A stretch of 56,698 nt of DNA from Octopus bimaculoides (Eukaryota), in NCBI RefSeq assembly GCF_001194135.2, contig NC_068986.1, positions 18,132,504 through 18,189,201 of the forward strand. The letters are read 5' to 3'. Below the pieces are notes generated by a model. The model did not search any database. It saw nothing but the letters and a program-made list of their open reading frames with translations, and was not told the origin of the DNA. Both the position numbers and the translations under genes were made by a program. Below, in pieces: positions 25,630-39,224 of this stretch (the first letter of the stretch is position 1; each line of letters starts with the position of its first letter).

Positions 25630-26504
25630 ATGGATACATATTTATTTATTTATTTATGTGTTTAAGCCAAGTGGCTGCGGTCATTAAGAGAAATACATAC
25701 ATACATACACACATACATACATACACACACACACTCACACACACACACACATATATATNNNNNNNNNNNNNNNNNNNNNNNNNNNNNNNNNNNNNNNNNN
25801 NNNNNNNNNNNNNNNNNNNNNNNNNNNNNNNNNNNNNNNNNNNNNNNNNNNNNNNNNNNNNNNNNNNNNNNNNNNNNNNNNNNNNNNNNNNNNNNNNNNN
25901 NNNNNNNNNNNNNNNNNNNNNNNNNNNNNNNNNNNNNNNNNNNNNNNNNNNNNNNNNNNNNNNNNNNNNNNNNNNNNNNNNNNNNNNNNNNNNNNNNNNN
26001 NNNNNNNNNNNNNNNNNNNNNNNNNNNNNNNNNNNNNNNNNNNNNNNNNNNNNNNNNNNNNNNNNNNNNNNNNNNNNNNNNNNNNNNNNNNNNNNNNNNN
26101 NNNNNNNNNNNNNNNNNNNNNNNNNNNNNNNNNNNNNNNNNNNNNNNNNNNNNNNNNNNNNNNNNNNNNNNNNNNNNNNNNNNNNNNNNNNNNNNNNNNN
26201 NNNNNNNNNNNNNNNNNNNNNNNNNNNNNNNNNNNNNNNNNNNNNNNNNNNNNNNNNNNNNNNNNNNNNNNNNNNNNNNNNNNNNNNNNNNNNNNNNNNN
26301 NNNNNNNNNNNNNNNNNNNNNNNNNNNNNNNNNNNNNNNNNNNNNNNNNNNNNNNNNNNNNNNNNNNNNNNNNNNNNNNNNNNNNNNNNNNNNNNNNNNN
26401 NNNNNNNNNNNNNNNNNNNNNNNNNNNNNNNNNNNNNNNNNNNNNNNNNNNNNNNNNNNNNNNNNNNNNNNNNNNNNNNNNTATATATATATATATATAT
26501 TATT

Positions 26505-26610
26505 TTATTCATTTACTTGTTTTGGTCATTTCGACCGCGGCCATGCTGGAGCACCATCTTTATTCGAATAAATCGACCCCAGGACGTATTCTTTGTGAAC
26601 CTAGTACTTA
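26505..26610 (-). mobile_element. 3' fragment of SINE family C
   Basis: Reverse complement of aagtactagg..ctggggtcgatttattcga..ggtgctccagcatggccgcggtc..aacaagtaaa. Confidence 0.8.
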
Positions 26611-27786
26611 TGGTTTAGGATATCTCGCTAGATGAGTTCTCCGGGACATGTTGTTCTTGCCTGACGCATTTTGGTTATAAACGACCAATATAGCTATTTA
26701 GAGCTGTCTCTTAGTATATAACATGAAATTGAAATCATGCAATCATATATTATATAGAGAATACAACCTGTCAAAGAAAGATTACATTTAGTTTAACGGA
26801 AGGCTTTTTGCTCTCACATTTCTTTAGAGGAATACTACAAAACAATAAAGTGTTGACACCAGCTGAAATAATTTTGCTCCATTACAATTACTGAAAATCT
26901 ATCGTTTTATCACGCATTATTCCCGACTCAATTGATAAATGCTGTTTCTTTACCTTTCTCCATATAACACGAATTATGTACGATTTCGTTTATGCGCTTT
27001 ACTTTATTCATAGTAGTCTATAAATTAGACCGCATAATCCTTCGGCATTTTCAACTATGCTCTTTTTTTCTCTTGCTTTTTCTCCCTTATCTTTTGTATT
27101 TCACCCATTTAGTTTCTTATATATCGATGAATCTGTAATTGCCATCATCCCTTTGACATTCCCTTCCAAATTATAAATTGCGCCACTGTAGTATTTATGA
27201 CATGTTTTGTATATTATCAAATACAAACAGAATCCTGATTTCATATATGATGAGTCAGAGGTCCTAATTTTTATAAATATAGTTTTATATATGGCGTCGC
27301 GAATGATAATTCATAGCACACAGATATATGAATGAACAGGCATTTTTATTCATAATACACGCCAGGTGAAAAGATATAGTTTATTGGAATATGCTTACAA
27401 ATAAATAGGTGTTGTTTTCTCACCATTAATGACAATAACACAAACAAGTAATTTGATGTATTAACGAAAAGGAATTATATACATTCAAGGTAATAACGAG
27501 ATCAATTATTTCGAAGGAGAATGCATAAGACCTTTCATCTTTCTTTTTTTTAATCCGTATGCTTTTGGGCAAAATTAGTAGCAATTCAATTGCAGAGCGT
27601 TTACAGTCTATTTATTCTTATTTGTATAAATATGGATTGACGTCACAAATGGACACGCAGAAATATTAGAATCACTTTGGCGTTCTAATGCACCAACCGA
27701 ACACACATATGCCTTAATATCCATTTATACACACATACTCACAGTTCTATATATTCTTTTGTTGTTACTTTTAGCGTTATACATGT

Positions 27787-27960
27787 TGTTGGCACTCCAT
27801 CGCTTACGACGTCGAGGGTTCCAGTTGATCCGATCAACGGAACAGCCTGCTCGTGAGATTAACGTGCAAGTGGCTAAGCACTCCACAGACACGAAATTGA
27901 AACCGCGATCCTATGACCGCCAATCGGCTGCCCTAACCACTGGGCCATTACGCCTCCACA
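27787..27960 (-). mobile_element. SINE family B with about 200-bp internal deletion
   Basis: Matches both ends of 38495-38880 but jumps from ctccacagacacg directly to the B-box region. Confidence 0.85.
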
Positions 27961-27984
27961 ATCTATATATATATAGTCAAGCAG

Positions 27985-28261
27985 CTACTTGACCATTCAA
28001 ATGTTGATGTGATATATCTCGACTTTGCAAAAGCCTTTGACAAAGTTGATCATGGCTTGATGTGTCACAAGCTGCGAAACCTTGGCATAGCTGGTAAATT
28101 AGGAGAGTGGCTGCATGACTTCCTGAATGGTAGAAGTCAGACAGTTGCAGCCAATGGAGAACTATCTAGGGAAACACAAATATTGAGCGGTGTTCCACAA
28201 GGAACTGTTCTGGGGCCACTACTGTTCATAGTGGCCCTTCTGGACATGCCCACGGTCACTC
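27985..28261 (+). mobile_element. LINE reverse transcriptase fragment (CR1/L2/Jockey-type), runs into a gap
   Basis: VIYLDFAKAFDKVDH..WLHDFLNGRSQTV..SGVPQGTVLGPLLF: canonical non-LTR RT motifs, frame open up to the Ns. Confidence 0.92.
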
Positions 28262-29164
28262 NNNNNNNNNNNNNNNNNNNNNNNNNNNNNNNNNNNNNNN
28301 NNNNNNNNNNNNNNNNNNNNNNNNNNNNNNNNNNNNNNNNNNNNNNNNNNNNNNNNNNNNNNNNNNNNNNNNNNNNNNNNNNNNNNNNNNNNNNNNNNNN
28401 NNNNNNNNNNNNNNNNNNNNNNNNNNNNNNNNNNNNNNNNNNNNNNNNNNNNNNNNNNNNNNNNNNNNNNNNNNNNNNNNNNNNNNNNNNNNNNNNNNNN
28501 NNNNNNNNNNNNNNNNNNNNNNNNNNNNNNNNNNNNNNNNNNNNNNNNNNNNNNNNNNNNNNNNNNNNNNNNNNNNNNNNNNNNNNNNNNNNNNNNNNNN
28601 NNNNNNNNNNNNNNNNNNNNNNNNNNNNNNNNNNNNNNNNNNNNNNNNNNNNNNNNNNNNNNNNNNNNNNNNNNNNNNNNNNNNNNNNNNNNNNNNNNNN
28701 NNNNNNNNNNNNNNNNNNNNNNNNNNNNNNNNNNNNNNNNNNNNNNNNNNNNNNNNNNNNNNNNNNNNNNNNNNNNNNNNNNNNNNNNNNNNNNNNNNNN
28801 NNNNNNNNNNNNNNNNNNNNNNNNNNNNNNNNNNNNNNNNNNNNNNNNNNNNNNNNNNNNNNNNNNNNNNNNNNNNNNNNNNNNNNNNNNNNNNNNNNNN
28901 NNNNNNNNNNNNNNNNNNNNNNNNNNNNNNNNNNNNNNNNNNNNNNNNNNNNNNNNNNNNNNNNNNNNNNNNNNNNNNNNNNNNNNNNNNNNNNNNNNNN
29001 NNNNNNNNNNNNNNNNNNNNNNNNNNNNNNNNNNNNNNNNNNNNNNNNNNNNNNNNNNNNNNNNNNNNNNNNNNNNNNNNNNNNNNNNNNNNNNNNNNNN
29101 NNNNNNNNNNNNNNNNNNNNNNNNNNNNNNNNNNNNNNNNNNNNNNNNNNNNNNNNNNNNNNNN

Positions 29165-29200
<36 letters not shown>

Positions 29201-30392
29201 TGTTGCTAAAGTATTACGTTGTAAAATTATTATGTACATAAAATCATGCACTAAATATATATAGATATATAAATACACTTAGTAATATATTTAAAATATA
29301 TTAAAAATATATAGATATAAATATATAAATATCCTAAGGATATATTAACCCATTTTAACCCACTATCCTACTTTGCGGTCAGTTGTATTTGGTTTATTTA
29401 CTCCCAAAAAGGTTAACCCGACATTTCTGCATGTTTTGAAGATATAACTATCTTCAAAATTTGGACAGCATTAACCTTGGTTAAACTGGGTTAAGAACAT
29501 ACAATATATAGTTCTACTTATAATAAAAAAGACAGTAAAATTATATATACAGAATGTTAAAGTGGAGAAAATATTGTAAATCCATACAGAGGTGCATAAT
29601 TCGTTAAAGTCCGATGGTCCTTTGTGGGGGCATGGTGGTGCGAAGATGTAATAGAATTTAAGTTGTATTAATTTGATATCACCGCCCCCTTCTTGAGGTG
29701 AAGTTTCCAACTAGTAAGGCTACATTTGCTATGCACTATGGTAGAATTCAATGTCCACAACCTTTATAAAGACATACATTATGGTGGATGGGTGTTAGGT
29801 ATGTACTCTCTTTTTTATATACAGTAGTAGAACGGGAGAAAATACTGCTTTTGAGATGAAACTATTAATAATGTTGAAGTTTGAGTGTTGGAGGGGAAAT
29901 CATAAAGCAAGATTTTATATTTCAGAAGTAATGGAAAAACAATTTATTGAATAGTTATGAAAAGTTAAACAAAAGTCTAAGGTTCGAATAACACTTGTGT
30001 CTACAAAAAAAGATGACATTTGAAAACCTATCTAACATTGAAGAATTGTGTATACGCAGAATGGTTATGGATTCCCTAATACAAAGATTAGATTTTCCAA
30101 TATATTAAATGTGAGGTGGGGGTTCTGTTATTACTAATCAAGATAATTTGTACTCTATATTCTTCGCTTTGATGCTATGGATATGTGTAGCTATAGAAAT
30201 AAAAAAAATTGGTTTCAGGATTAATAAAATAATTAATATGTGCACGATATCTACGCTTAAAATCACCTGTGCTCCCAAAATATATCATTGTTTAGTGGTT
30301 GTGGTGTGTCAACACAGTGTATTTATATATCACATTTTTGAAAAACTTCAAGAGGGGCTAAATTGGATGCACGACAATATTAGGATTTTTTG

Positions 30393-30630
30393 TTTCTTAT
30401 TTCTTTATTACCCACAAGGGGCTAAACATAGAGGAAACAGACAAGGACAGACAAAGGGATTAAGTCGATTACATCGACCCCAGTGCGTAACTGGTACTTA
30501 ATTCATCGACCCAAAAAGAATGAAAGGCAAAGTGAACCTCAGCGGAATCTGAACTCAGAACGTAGACAGACAAAATAGCGCTAATGAATTTCGCCCAGCG
30601 TGCTAACATTTCTGCCAGCTCGCCGCCTTG
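30393..30630 (-). mobile_element. SINE family A, full length
   Basis: Reverse complement matches unit 1 of the trimer, including the tttagccccttg..aataaagaaataag tail. Confidence 0.9.
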
Positions 30631-30844
30631 AAAACAATGCCATTATCGAAGCTGGAATGTCTGATCTTAGGTTTGCTCAATCTGGGCTGACTTAGATCCT
30701 CTTCGATTTTCCTTTACCTATCACGTCATTTTTACCAAGGACGCGGAAACCTCTCCAGTCCTCCAGATTAAAAATTGCGTCTGTAGGGGGACAGAAATAG
30801 TCGTAAATAGCCATGAGCCTCTCATCTAGGTTCTCCCTACCCTC

Positions 30845-30920
30845 CTAACGTAACGGCAGACGAAATATCGCTAAGCATTTCACCCGGATTGCTAACGTTT
30901 CTGCCAGATCGCCGCCTTCA
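30845..30920 (-). mobile_element. SINE family A head-only fragment
   Basis: aaggcggcgatctggcagaaacgttagcaatccgggtgaaatgcttagcgatatttcgtc on the minus strand. Confidence 0.8.
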
Positions 30921-30924
30921 TGAT

Positions 30925-31330
30925 AGTTAGAGCGTCGACCTAGTGAGGTTAATCTAGGATAACATGTCATTGGTAATGGTTGGTTTAAGTCGGAGTTTAT
31001 AATATAATTGGATCGGATGGTTTTGTTGGAACAGGAATTCATTATTTGATAATCCGGGTTACGAGATACTCTTATCCTATTAGAATTACCTAGCATAGGA
31101 GAGTTGTTAGTATTTGTGGTACTATTTATTATTTTTTCGGATTCCTTTGGCGTGCTACATAAACTTTTACATGTTCAATCGACTTACCGCGGAGTTTGCG
31201 ACAATCGAGAGTAGCTAAGATAGATCTGAGGTTTGGTGTAGTGGAGTAAGATATTTTTACTGGAGATTTATTGAAAATATAATACTTGTCTTGCGGCGGA
31301 AAGTATGATTTTAACACTGTAACAAAATAA
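30925..31330 (-). mobile_element. Penelope-like RT C-terminal relic plus Asn-rich linker
   Basis: YFPPQDKYYIFNKSPVKISYSTTPNLRSIL resembles the PLE motif F....h..IFN...vKiSYS..pN. Confidence 0.65.
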
Positions 31331-31578
31331 TTTTGGTATGGATCTGATCTTAAGGGAGAAGGGTGGAGCGAACCCTAAAAATCTTACGCTTTCAGGAGAT
31401 ATATATTGTATCTTCCTAATATATTCTTAGCATATTTATATATCCGTAATTTATTTTTAATATAGGTGTAAGTGATTTGATATATTTGTCATTATATATT
31501 TAGTTCTTGATTTTGTGCACAATTTTATAATAGAATATATTTTGCTAATCTATCTTTTGTCTCACATCGTTATTTTTC

Positions 31579-31628
<50 letters not shown>

Positions 31629-32689
31629 ATGTTAGTTCAGCGTTTAATATTTCCTCTCTAAATGGTTCTGATCTCAGTGAAGAAAAACCTCCACGCAGTG
31701 TCTTAAATTATAGAAGCAAACATTTTACATATACCGTACTTTACATTTTGCAAGCAATTTGATATAATTTCATTCGTAACGTTTCGTATTCTTAAGGGAA
31801 GTTTAAATTGGATCTTAAAATTCTCGTTCTTCTCCCACAGGTATGAAAAGAATAAAAGCATTTGTTTTACTGTGATTTATGTTTGCAAATTTTTCCTTTC
31901 ATTTCAAAGCAAGTCACCCGAAGACTATTTTTGATTTACGATAATCAGGGTGGGGATTTATACATAACGTAAGAAACCGAAGCATTTTTGAAGGAGGTGG
32001 TTAATGCAGATGGAAAGAACTGGAATCTGCAAACTTCTCCCGCTCTAGCAGTCGATATATTATCCATAAGAATATGAAGGGTTTTTTTTTACTGTGTAAA
32101 GAATTCGAGGAATAAAACAGGGAATAATATTTTTTCTTTATAGGTTCTAATCGTTTTTTTTCTCCTCTTTTTAGATATATATCTATATTGGTAGGCAGGG
32201 TTAAAAATGAATGTATCGAACTTCTCTAAATTCATCTAAATTGAAGAGGATTCAAAAATATGTCACACGTGAAATGACGTCAATTTCGTTGTTACACATA
32301 GAAAACTGTCCCGCAATTAGACCAAATTCTTATTATTACAAATTGTTGATTGTGACTCTTTCATTTGATATTCGAAAACAGCGCTGGTTACTGGTAGAAT
32401 AAAGGTAAGTTTCTCGTAACGTCACATACATATATGTTAACTAGTCGAAGATTTTAGGCATTTCGTTGGTTTCATGTTAAGAAAATTCTCAGCAATTATT
32501 CAAGTCAATCACATACAAAAATTAGCGTCTGTCTCCATTTTGCATTGAAAATATTTATAGCGTTAATATCCGCCAATGGAACGTTGAGCATTCATTGTCA
32601 TTGTTCGATGTTTATATAGATTAATATGTGCTATAGGTGACCTGCTTCAAGGTTTATCCCCATATAATGCAATAATGGGTGGGGAATGA

Positions 32690-33500
32690 CCTGTGGTTTT
32701 AAAGGTACATAAAATTTATCATTATCTTTATGCAGGGTTGTTCATATTCTAAGCAAACTGAGGTTGAGAACGAAAATCAATGCATTTATGTCGATATGGG
32801 GTATTGTAATGTGATGAAACCTGTTATGTAGTGGAGCTATATATCCAGGAAATAATATCGATGAAATGCAATATATACCGAAGCAAAGGCCTGGTAGCAC
32901 ATCAAAATATGGGTGGATGTACATTTGATAGATTCAAGAAGGAACATATAGAGTCGTTTAAGAAAATACTCCTATAAAAATAGTAATTTCTCCGATAAAA
33001 ACCAGCCTATCTTGACTTAACAGTATTCAGGAACACAATGAAACATTACTTCTTCACAAATTCTAACGTGTTGCCATTTTAAATAATCATAAAATCACAC
33101 AAGCCTTCATTAATTGTCAAAACTGTGGTCAGAAATATATAAAGCATCAAATGTCAAGAAATTCTTCAGAAGAAGGTAACCTTGACCAAAGACTACTATT
33201 CTACAATGAAGCTCTAAATGCAATCGGATACAGTAGAAAACTTAATAAATATGTAAACCGTCAAAAGCAGCCAATCAACGAAAATAACTAAACTGAACGC
33301 AATCAACCCGCGTCCTAAATGCAACAAATATAGCCACACACTTTGTGAACGCAGGTCTTCAACAACTTCCGTGCAAACAATCATCACCACAAACCATTTT
33401 TTAAAAGCTATTAAGCTGCAAAACGCAAAGACTGCACATGCGATTCATAAATAGCAACATACCAAAAGCATGCAACATATAGCTGCAAACTGACGCAGCA
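32690..33500 (+). pseudogene. Decayed Penelope-like reverse transcriptase
   Basis: With frameshifts: YVDMGYC..DETCYVVELYI..IYRSKGL..FDRFKKEHIESFK, then SRNSSEEGNLDQRLLFYNEALNAIGYSRKL and ATNIATHF. Colinear with PLE RT motifs; YRDD is eroded to YRSK. Confidence 0.7.
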
Positions 33501-34138
33501 CGCCCAGAAAATGGATATCTCCGTTTGAAAGAAATTATTTTAAAGAGGTATTATCTATAAAGCATAAAAGAGTAAACTGTGTCCCAAATTTGACGCACCA
33601 AAACACTTGTATATTTGTGATCAGTATAAAATTCGCGGGCAGAAATATATATTGCGAAAATTATCTACGAGAAACACAAATTTCTCGTCTAAACGAAGAT
33701 GAAAGTTAAATTAAAGCAAAACAACTGCAATTAAAAGAATATGAAACAACTGACTTTCCACTCACACACATAAATGCTTTTTTTAATATATCCCATGCGA
33801 GGCACAGAAACCAACTATATAACTATAAAATATGAACAAGAAAAAATAATTCAAAGTACCTTAAGGGAATTTTTAACTATTTTAAAAGAAGGACCTGGAA
33901 ACTTTTATTAAAATGAATTCAGTCTTGTTTTGAAAAAAAGATGTTTCACTTGTTGAAGTGATGACACCAAAGTTTGATATAACACATTTAGAATTTTTTA
34001 TCAGCAACTTGTAGAATGCTGAAATATATTTTCATGTTCACGAATATAGTGCAATTTATTTCCCCAAAGTCAGCTCTCTTACGACGGGCAGTAGTGGTTG
34101 GTCAATTTTAGATGTCTGCAATTGAAATTCATTTGAAG

Positions 34139-34165
34139 CTGATGAATTGAATGAAAAGGAGGATT
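34139..34165 (+). CDS. Candidate 27-nt micro-exon (DELNEKED), phase 1 to 1
   Basis: ttcatttgaAG acceptor, GTAAGT donor, symmetric phase. Confidence 0.25.
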
Positions 34166-35886
34166 GTAAGTTTACGCCGTTCTGATAAATGATAAAGGTT
34201 TCAAAGTGAATTTCATGGAATGCATTCTACAATACCCTCAGCCATTGTGTTACATCATCAATTTTGCACTTCAATGTATTCACAATTCAATTGACAAAAT
34301 ATGAAACAATCCAAAACAACTCGAAGAAACTGTGTTTGCGTTTGATAAAATGCCTCCTAACTCAATCCTTTATGCCTTCAAGGGCTGTTATGTTCATAGA
34401 CGGTTTCAATGTTTTCTAAAATTTGAAAAGAATTGTTGCATACTCTGCTCCAGGACAGACGATCCCATCCAAATGCTGCGATTTATTTTCGTGCGAAATC
34501 TCATATTACCTGTGTTCGATTATATCTGATGGATATATAAAATATATTAGCTACAGTGGGGAATTAAAATTGGATTAATTGTTGTGAACAATCAAATACA
34601 TATTTTTAGATTCTAATATGAGAGCCCACTATATCTTCGCAGCACTTGGAGACTGATGATATACTTAACAGTTCAGCTTGGAAGACAGCGCACTTCTTAA
34701 AAAGTTAACGTACAGACTTTGCCATAGGTAAAGGAAATAGAAATAGTATTTACGTCAAGAAGCACATAAAAGCATATTTAATTGTAAATGTTCGTGCATG
34801 TTCCGAGGTTAAACTTTTCGTACATTACTGTTGGGTACTACATTATTCACTAATAACATCTAAAATGTATCCGGAAGACAACTCCGTAAATGTCACTTTT
34901 ATGATTGCCTTTCTAGGATAAGAATTTGTTTCAAACAAAGCAATTCTGAATTATAATTTAAAACATAATTCAAAGGTACGTGTTGAAATAATTTAAAAGG
35001 AACTATTATCCAGTTATAAAATATAAAATCAAATAGCCCATTTATTTTTATGCGATTAATAGAGTAAATTTAAAATATTTACTTTTGATATATTGAATAT
35101 TATAAATGAGAAACAAATATGAAATATGAGTTGTATATAAGATAAATTTATGAATTCCAATATAAAGCATATGTTTAGAATATTTTTTAAGGTTTATCGG
35201 TGTTTACTTTTTCCTAAACATAGTATTTAAATAAAATTAACAAAGCTCACTTACGCTTCTGAATTTACATCTTTTATCTACAGTATTAAACAAAACATTA
35301 ACTGATTTACCTTAATGTGGAAGCGTTTGATAATAATGGATGGCAAAAATTTTTAAACAATTTCACTTATTTTTATTGTAAAGCGATGTACTTTAACAAA
35401 TAATTAAATGATTCATTTTCAAATTATATGGGTAATTCAAAGTAAACGACTATATGCACCCTGGATAGGCTAAATTAATACTACAATATTTGTTAAATAT
35501 TTTTGCTACTCTATATGATAATGTGAAGTCATGTTGATCCATTCCTGACGTTTTCAGCCGTACTCCACATGACATTGTTTGTAATGTGTGTGCGTGTGTG
35601 TGTGTATGTGCGTGTGTGTGTGTCTGTGCGTGTGTGTGTGCATGTGCGTGTGTGTGTGTCTGTGCGTGTGCCTGTGTGTGTGTATGCGTGTGAATAATTG
35701 CTAGTAACAACGTACTTAGATATAAAATCGAAAAATATCTATTACGTCTGAAAGAAAAATAATAACAGATTACAATAATTAAACGATGATTATATAACAA
35801 AATGATATGCAAATGTGCACAAAGATATCAGAGCAAATGGGCAATGAAATTGCTTATACAATTATTATTTGGTATGCTACTTGACG

Positions 35887-35965
35887 ATGGCGAGCTCGCA
35901 AAACTATTAGCACGCCGGACAAAGTATTTGTGACATTTTGTCAATCTCCGTGGTCTGAGCTTAAT
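35887..35965 (+). mobile_element. Degenerate SINE family A head
   Basis: ggcgagctcgcaaaactattagcacgccggacaaag. Confidence 0.55.
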
Positions 35966-36670
35966 ATTATCTTGAGACAATTGAAGGTCTAATACTGATG
36001 TAGCTCTTGATGCGGACTTCATTCATACAGATATGTGTATGAAAAATTTAAACTTTTCCTCTAATTGAGACTTTTATCTCTTATTCCTTTCACTTATTGG
36101 ATTGTGGATATGTCTAGGTCTAGGACGTAAACAAATTTACACCGATTGCTAAAGGATAGTGTATGGAAAAGCGCAAGCATAAACACAGGCACATGGATAT
36201 ATCCACACACATACATATAGTAACATATATGCTTGAGTGTGTATTTTTCGATATGTGTGTGTGTGTGTGTATGTATGTGTGTGTGTGTGAGTGTGTATAC
36301 ATATACGAGAAAGAGAGATCCAATATAAAATCAAAAATAAATGTACTTCACCACGATACATAGAGACAGAGAGTGAGATGGTGTATTTTATAAATATGCC
36401 AAGTGAAAGTATTATAAATGCAGGGAACACACACACACACACATACACACACACACACACACACACATACATACACACACACACACATATNNNNNNNNNN
36501 NNNNNNNNNNNNNNNNNNNNNNNNNNNNNNNNNNNNNNNNNNNNNNNNNNNNNNNNNNNNNNNNNNNNNNNNNNNNNNNNNNNNNNNNNNNNNNNNNNNN
36601 NNNNNNNNNNNNNNNNNNNNNNNNNNNNNNNNNNNNNNNNNNNNNNNNNNNNNNNNNNNNNNNNNNNNNN

Positions 36671-36702
<32 letters not shown>

Positions 36703-36877
36703 CGAAAATCATGCAGTGTTCCTTAACCATATAACATTTAATGCAGAACCAACATGTATGATTTATTTTCACTGGTGCATGAGAGGAATCCCTAGAAAGC
36801 ATCACGGATTTTGGCTATATTTTTGCAGAAAGATTTGAAAGAAACATATTGGATACACATCCGTATGATGATGAGCG

Positions 36878-37025
36878 TTTCTGTTGATCCGATCAACGGA
36901 ACATCCCGCTCACGAAATTAACGTTCAAGTAACTCAGAACTCCACAGACACTTGTAATCTTCATGTAGTTCTGAGGGAGATTCGGACTGACGAATAGTAT
37001 GACAAAGCCGATCATTTGAATTTAC
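36878..37025 (-). mobile_element. Partial SINE family B
   Basis: gttgatccgatcaacggaaca..gaaattaacgt.caagt..ctccacagacac is shared with 38495-38880. Confidence 0.8.
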
Positions 37026-37092
37026 AACTATATAAACAATAACATGTATAATACATTTATAATACATTTAACAAAACACTGACAATATACAT

Positions 37093-37195
37093 ACAGGCGT
37101 GCTTGTGATGTGAGAAATTTGCTTCCCAACCACATGGTTCCTGGTTCATTCCGTGTGTGCGGTACTTGATTGAGTGTATCCTATTCTCGGTTCCA
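37093..37195 (+). mobile_element. Degenerate head of SINE family C
   Basis: ttgcttcccaaccacatggttcctggttcattcc. Confidence 0.6.
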
Positions 37196-37377
37196 TCTCC
37201 CTTTGAACCGTTTACATATGGCTTAGATTACGCCCGCGATTCTCCATGATTACATACATATGTATATGGATATCTGTATATACATATATATGTATGTGTG
37301 TATATATATTTCGTTCTTGTACCTGGTTTACAAGATTCTTTATGTGAATTCGTGTGTTGAAGCAAATTATGTTGTGC

Positions 37378-37639
37378 CTGGGCAGAGTCATATTGTCTTA
37401 ATGCCCCATTATCTAACACACTCACTGGTTATTATTTACTATTTATATTTGTTTTTCTTCAAACATCTTTCGTTGTTTTTTGCAACCTTGTCAATGGATA
37501 TCGTAACCTTGCCAATTTATTGAAACAGTTGAAAAGGCAACGAAAATTTTGGCAGAAAAATATCAGTAATAAATGAGTGGAAATCGAACCTATGAGTTTG
37601 TTAGATAATGAGGGATTAAAGCAATATGACTCTCTCCAG
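37378..37639. repeat. About 260-bp foldback / MITE-like element with about 52-bp terminal inverted repeats
   Basis: 37378-37428 pairs with 37589-37639 (tgttagataatg and caatatgactct blocks identical); inner arms tttcgttg/caacgaaa also pair. Confidence 0.8.
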
Positions 37640-37642
37640 ATA

Positions 37643-37682
<40 letters not shown>

Positions 37683-38204
37683 NNNNNNNNNNNNNNNNNN
37701 NNNNNNNNNNNNNNNNNNNNNNNNNNNNNNNNNNNNNNNNNNNNNNNNNNNNNNNNNNNNNNNNNNNNNNNNNNNNNNNNNNNNNNNNNNNTTATCAAGC
37801 TGAAAACAAGACCGTTCCCTATTTGTCCTTTGAGCAGAGAACGTTTAAACAAAAACCGCATATAAATAAGAAGACAGAAAAGGTAAAACAAAAACCCCAA
37901 GGGCTACAGCCTACGTTATTATAATTAAATATCAACCAGACGTAACGAGATGTTAATGGTCTTGTAAATGTCAGGTAGTAAATGTCAGGTGATGTTTTCT
38001 TGAAATGTGGACATAAAGAAAAAAAACTCGTTCCTCGAATTTATTTATTCTTTGCAGGTTCTCAAGTGTTTTATTAGATACAGTTTTGCAAGACAGAACA
38101 CTGCAAGTTTTCGGGACCCCTTAATATAGGGTCTGGATTGGGAAAGAAGTTTCCAGTTGATGAAGACACTGACCCCTACGTCTTTAAGTTTTCAGTTTAA
38201 AACA

Positions 38205-38350
38205 TCGACGTTCTTCGGTACTTATTTCATCGACCCAAAGAGGCTAAAATGCAAGGTCGACTTCGACGAAATTTGAACTCTGAACGTAAAGACGGACGAA
38301 ATGCTGCTAAGCGTGCTAAGGATTGCTACCCGGCGTGCTAAGGATTGTGC
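38205..38350 (-). mobile_element. Partial SINE family A
   Basis: ggtacttatttcatcgaccc..gtcgacttcgacgaaatttgaactctgaacgtaaagac, with an internal gcgtgctaaggattg duplication. Confidence 0.8.
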
Positions 38351-38494
38351 CATCAACATTTCACCTTTACAAAGTTAATGCAGAGTTTGAGTAGTTTTCC
38401 ATTCAACAATAATAATTCTAGCAATTACAGTATCATAACCATGATCATTATTTCATTCAAATTTCAATTGTAAGCGCGCAAGCAATAAACAAAT

Positions 38495-38880
38495 GTTGTT
38501 GTTGGCACTCCGTCGCTAACGACGTCGTGGGTACCAGTTGATCCTATCAACGGAACAGCCTGCTCATGAAATTAACATGCAAGTGGCTGAGCACTCCACA
38601 GACACGTGTACCCATAACGTAGTTCTCGGGGATATTCAGCGTGACACAGTGTGACAAGGTTGACGCTTTGAATTACAGGCACAACAGAAACAGGAAGTTA
38701 GAGTGAGAGGAAGTTCTGGTTAAAGAGTATAACAGGGTTCGCCACCATCCCCTGCCGGAGCCTCCTGGAGCTTTAGGTGTTTTCAGTCAATAAACACTCA
38801 CAACGCCCGGTCTGTGAATCGAAACCGCGATCCTATGACCACGAGTCCGCTGCCCTAAACACTAGGCCATTGCAGCTCCA
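38495..38880 (-). mobile_element. Full-length tRNA-derived SINE family B with TSD
   Basis: Minus strand A box TGGCCTAGTG, B box GGTTTCGATTC, (AAC)n tail; TSD CAATAAACAAAT 38483-38494 / CAATAAGCAAAT 38881-38892. Confidence 0.9.
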
Positions 38881-39042
38881 CAATAAGCAAATAACACTGT
38901 AATATTTCAAATGGAAGTCGTTCACACACACACGCACACACACGCACACACACATACGCACGCAAGCACTAACACACAAACACACGCACAATTATATATA
39001 CGCGTGTTTGTACAGACACAGACACACACACTCACACATTTA

Positions 39043-39190
39043 TATGGCTGTGTGTTAAGTAGCTTGCTTCCCAACCGCATTGTTCCTGGTTCACTCCATG
39101 GCACTTTGGGCAAGTATCTTCTACTATAGTCTCGGCCTGACCAAAAACTAGTCAGTGGATTTGGTAGATGGAAACTGAAAGAAGCCCGTC

Positions 39191-39224
<34 letters not shown>

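Noticed and set aside
31821-32404. Strong acceptor at about 31840 (MKRIKAFVLL-stop) and an AG..GTAAGT segment at about 32175-32404
   Set aside because: Stops occur in all frames; at most a UTR or non-coding exon, unsupported.
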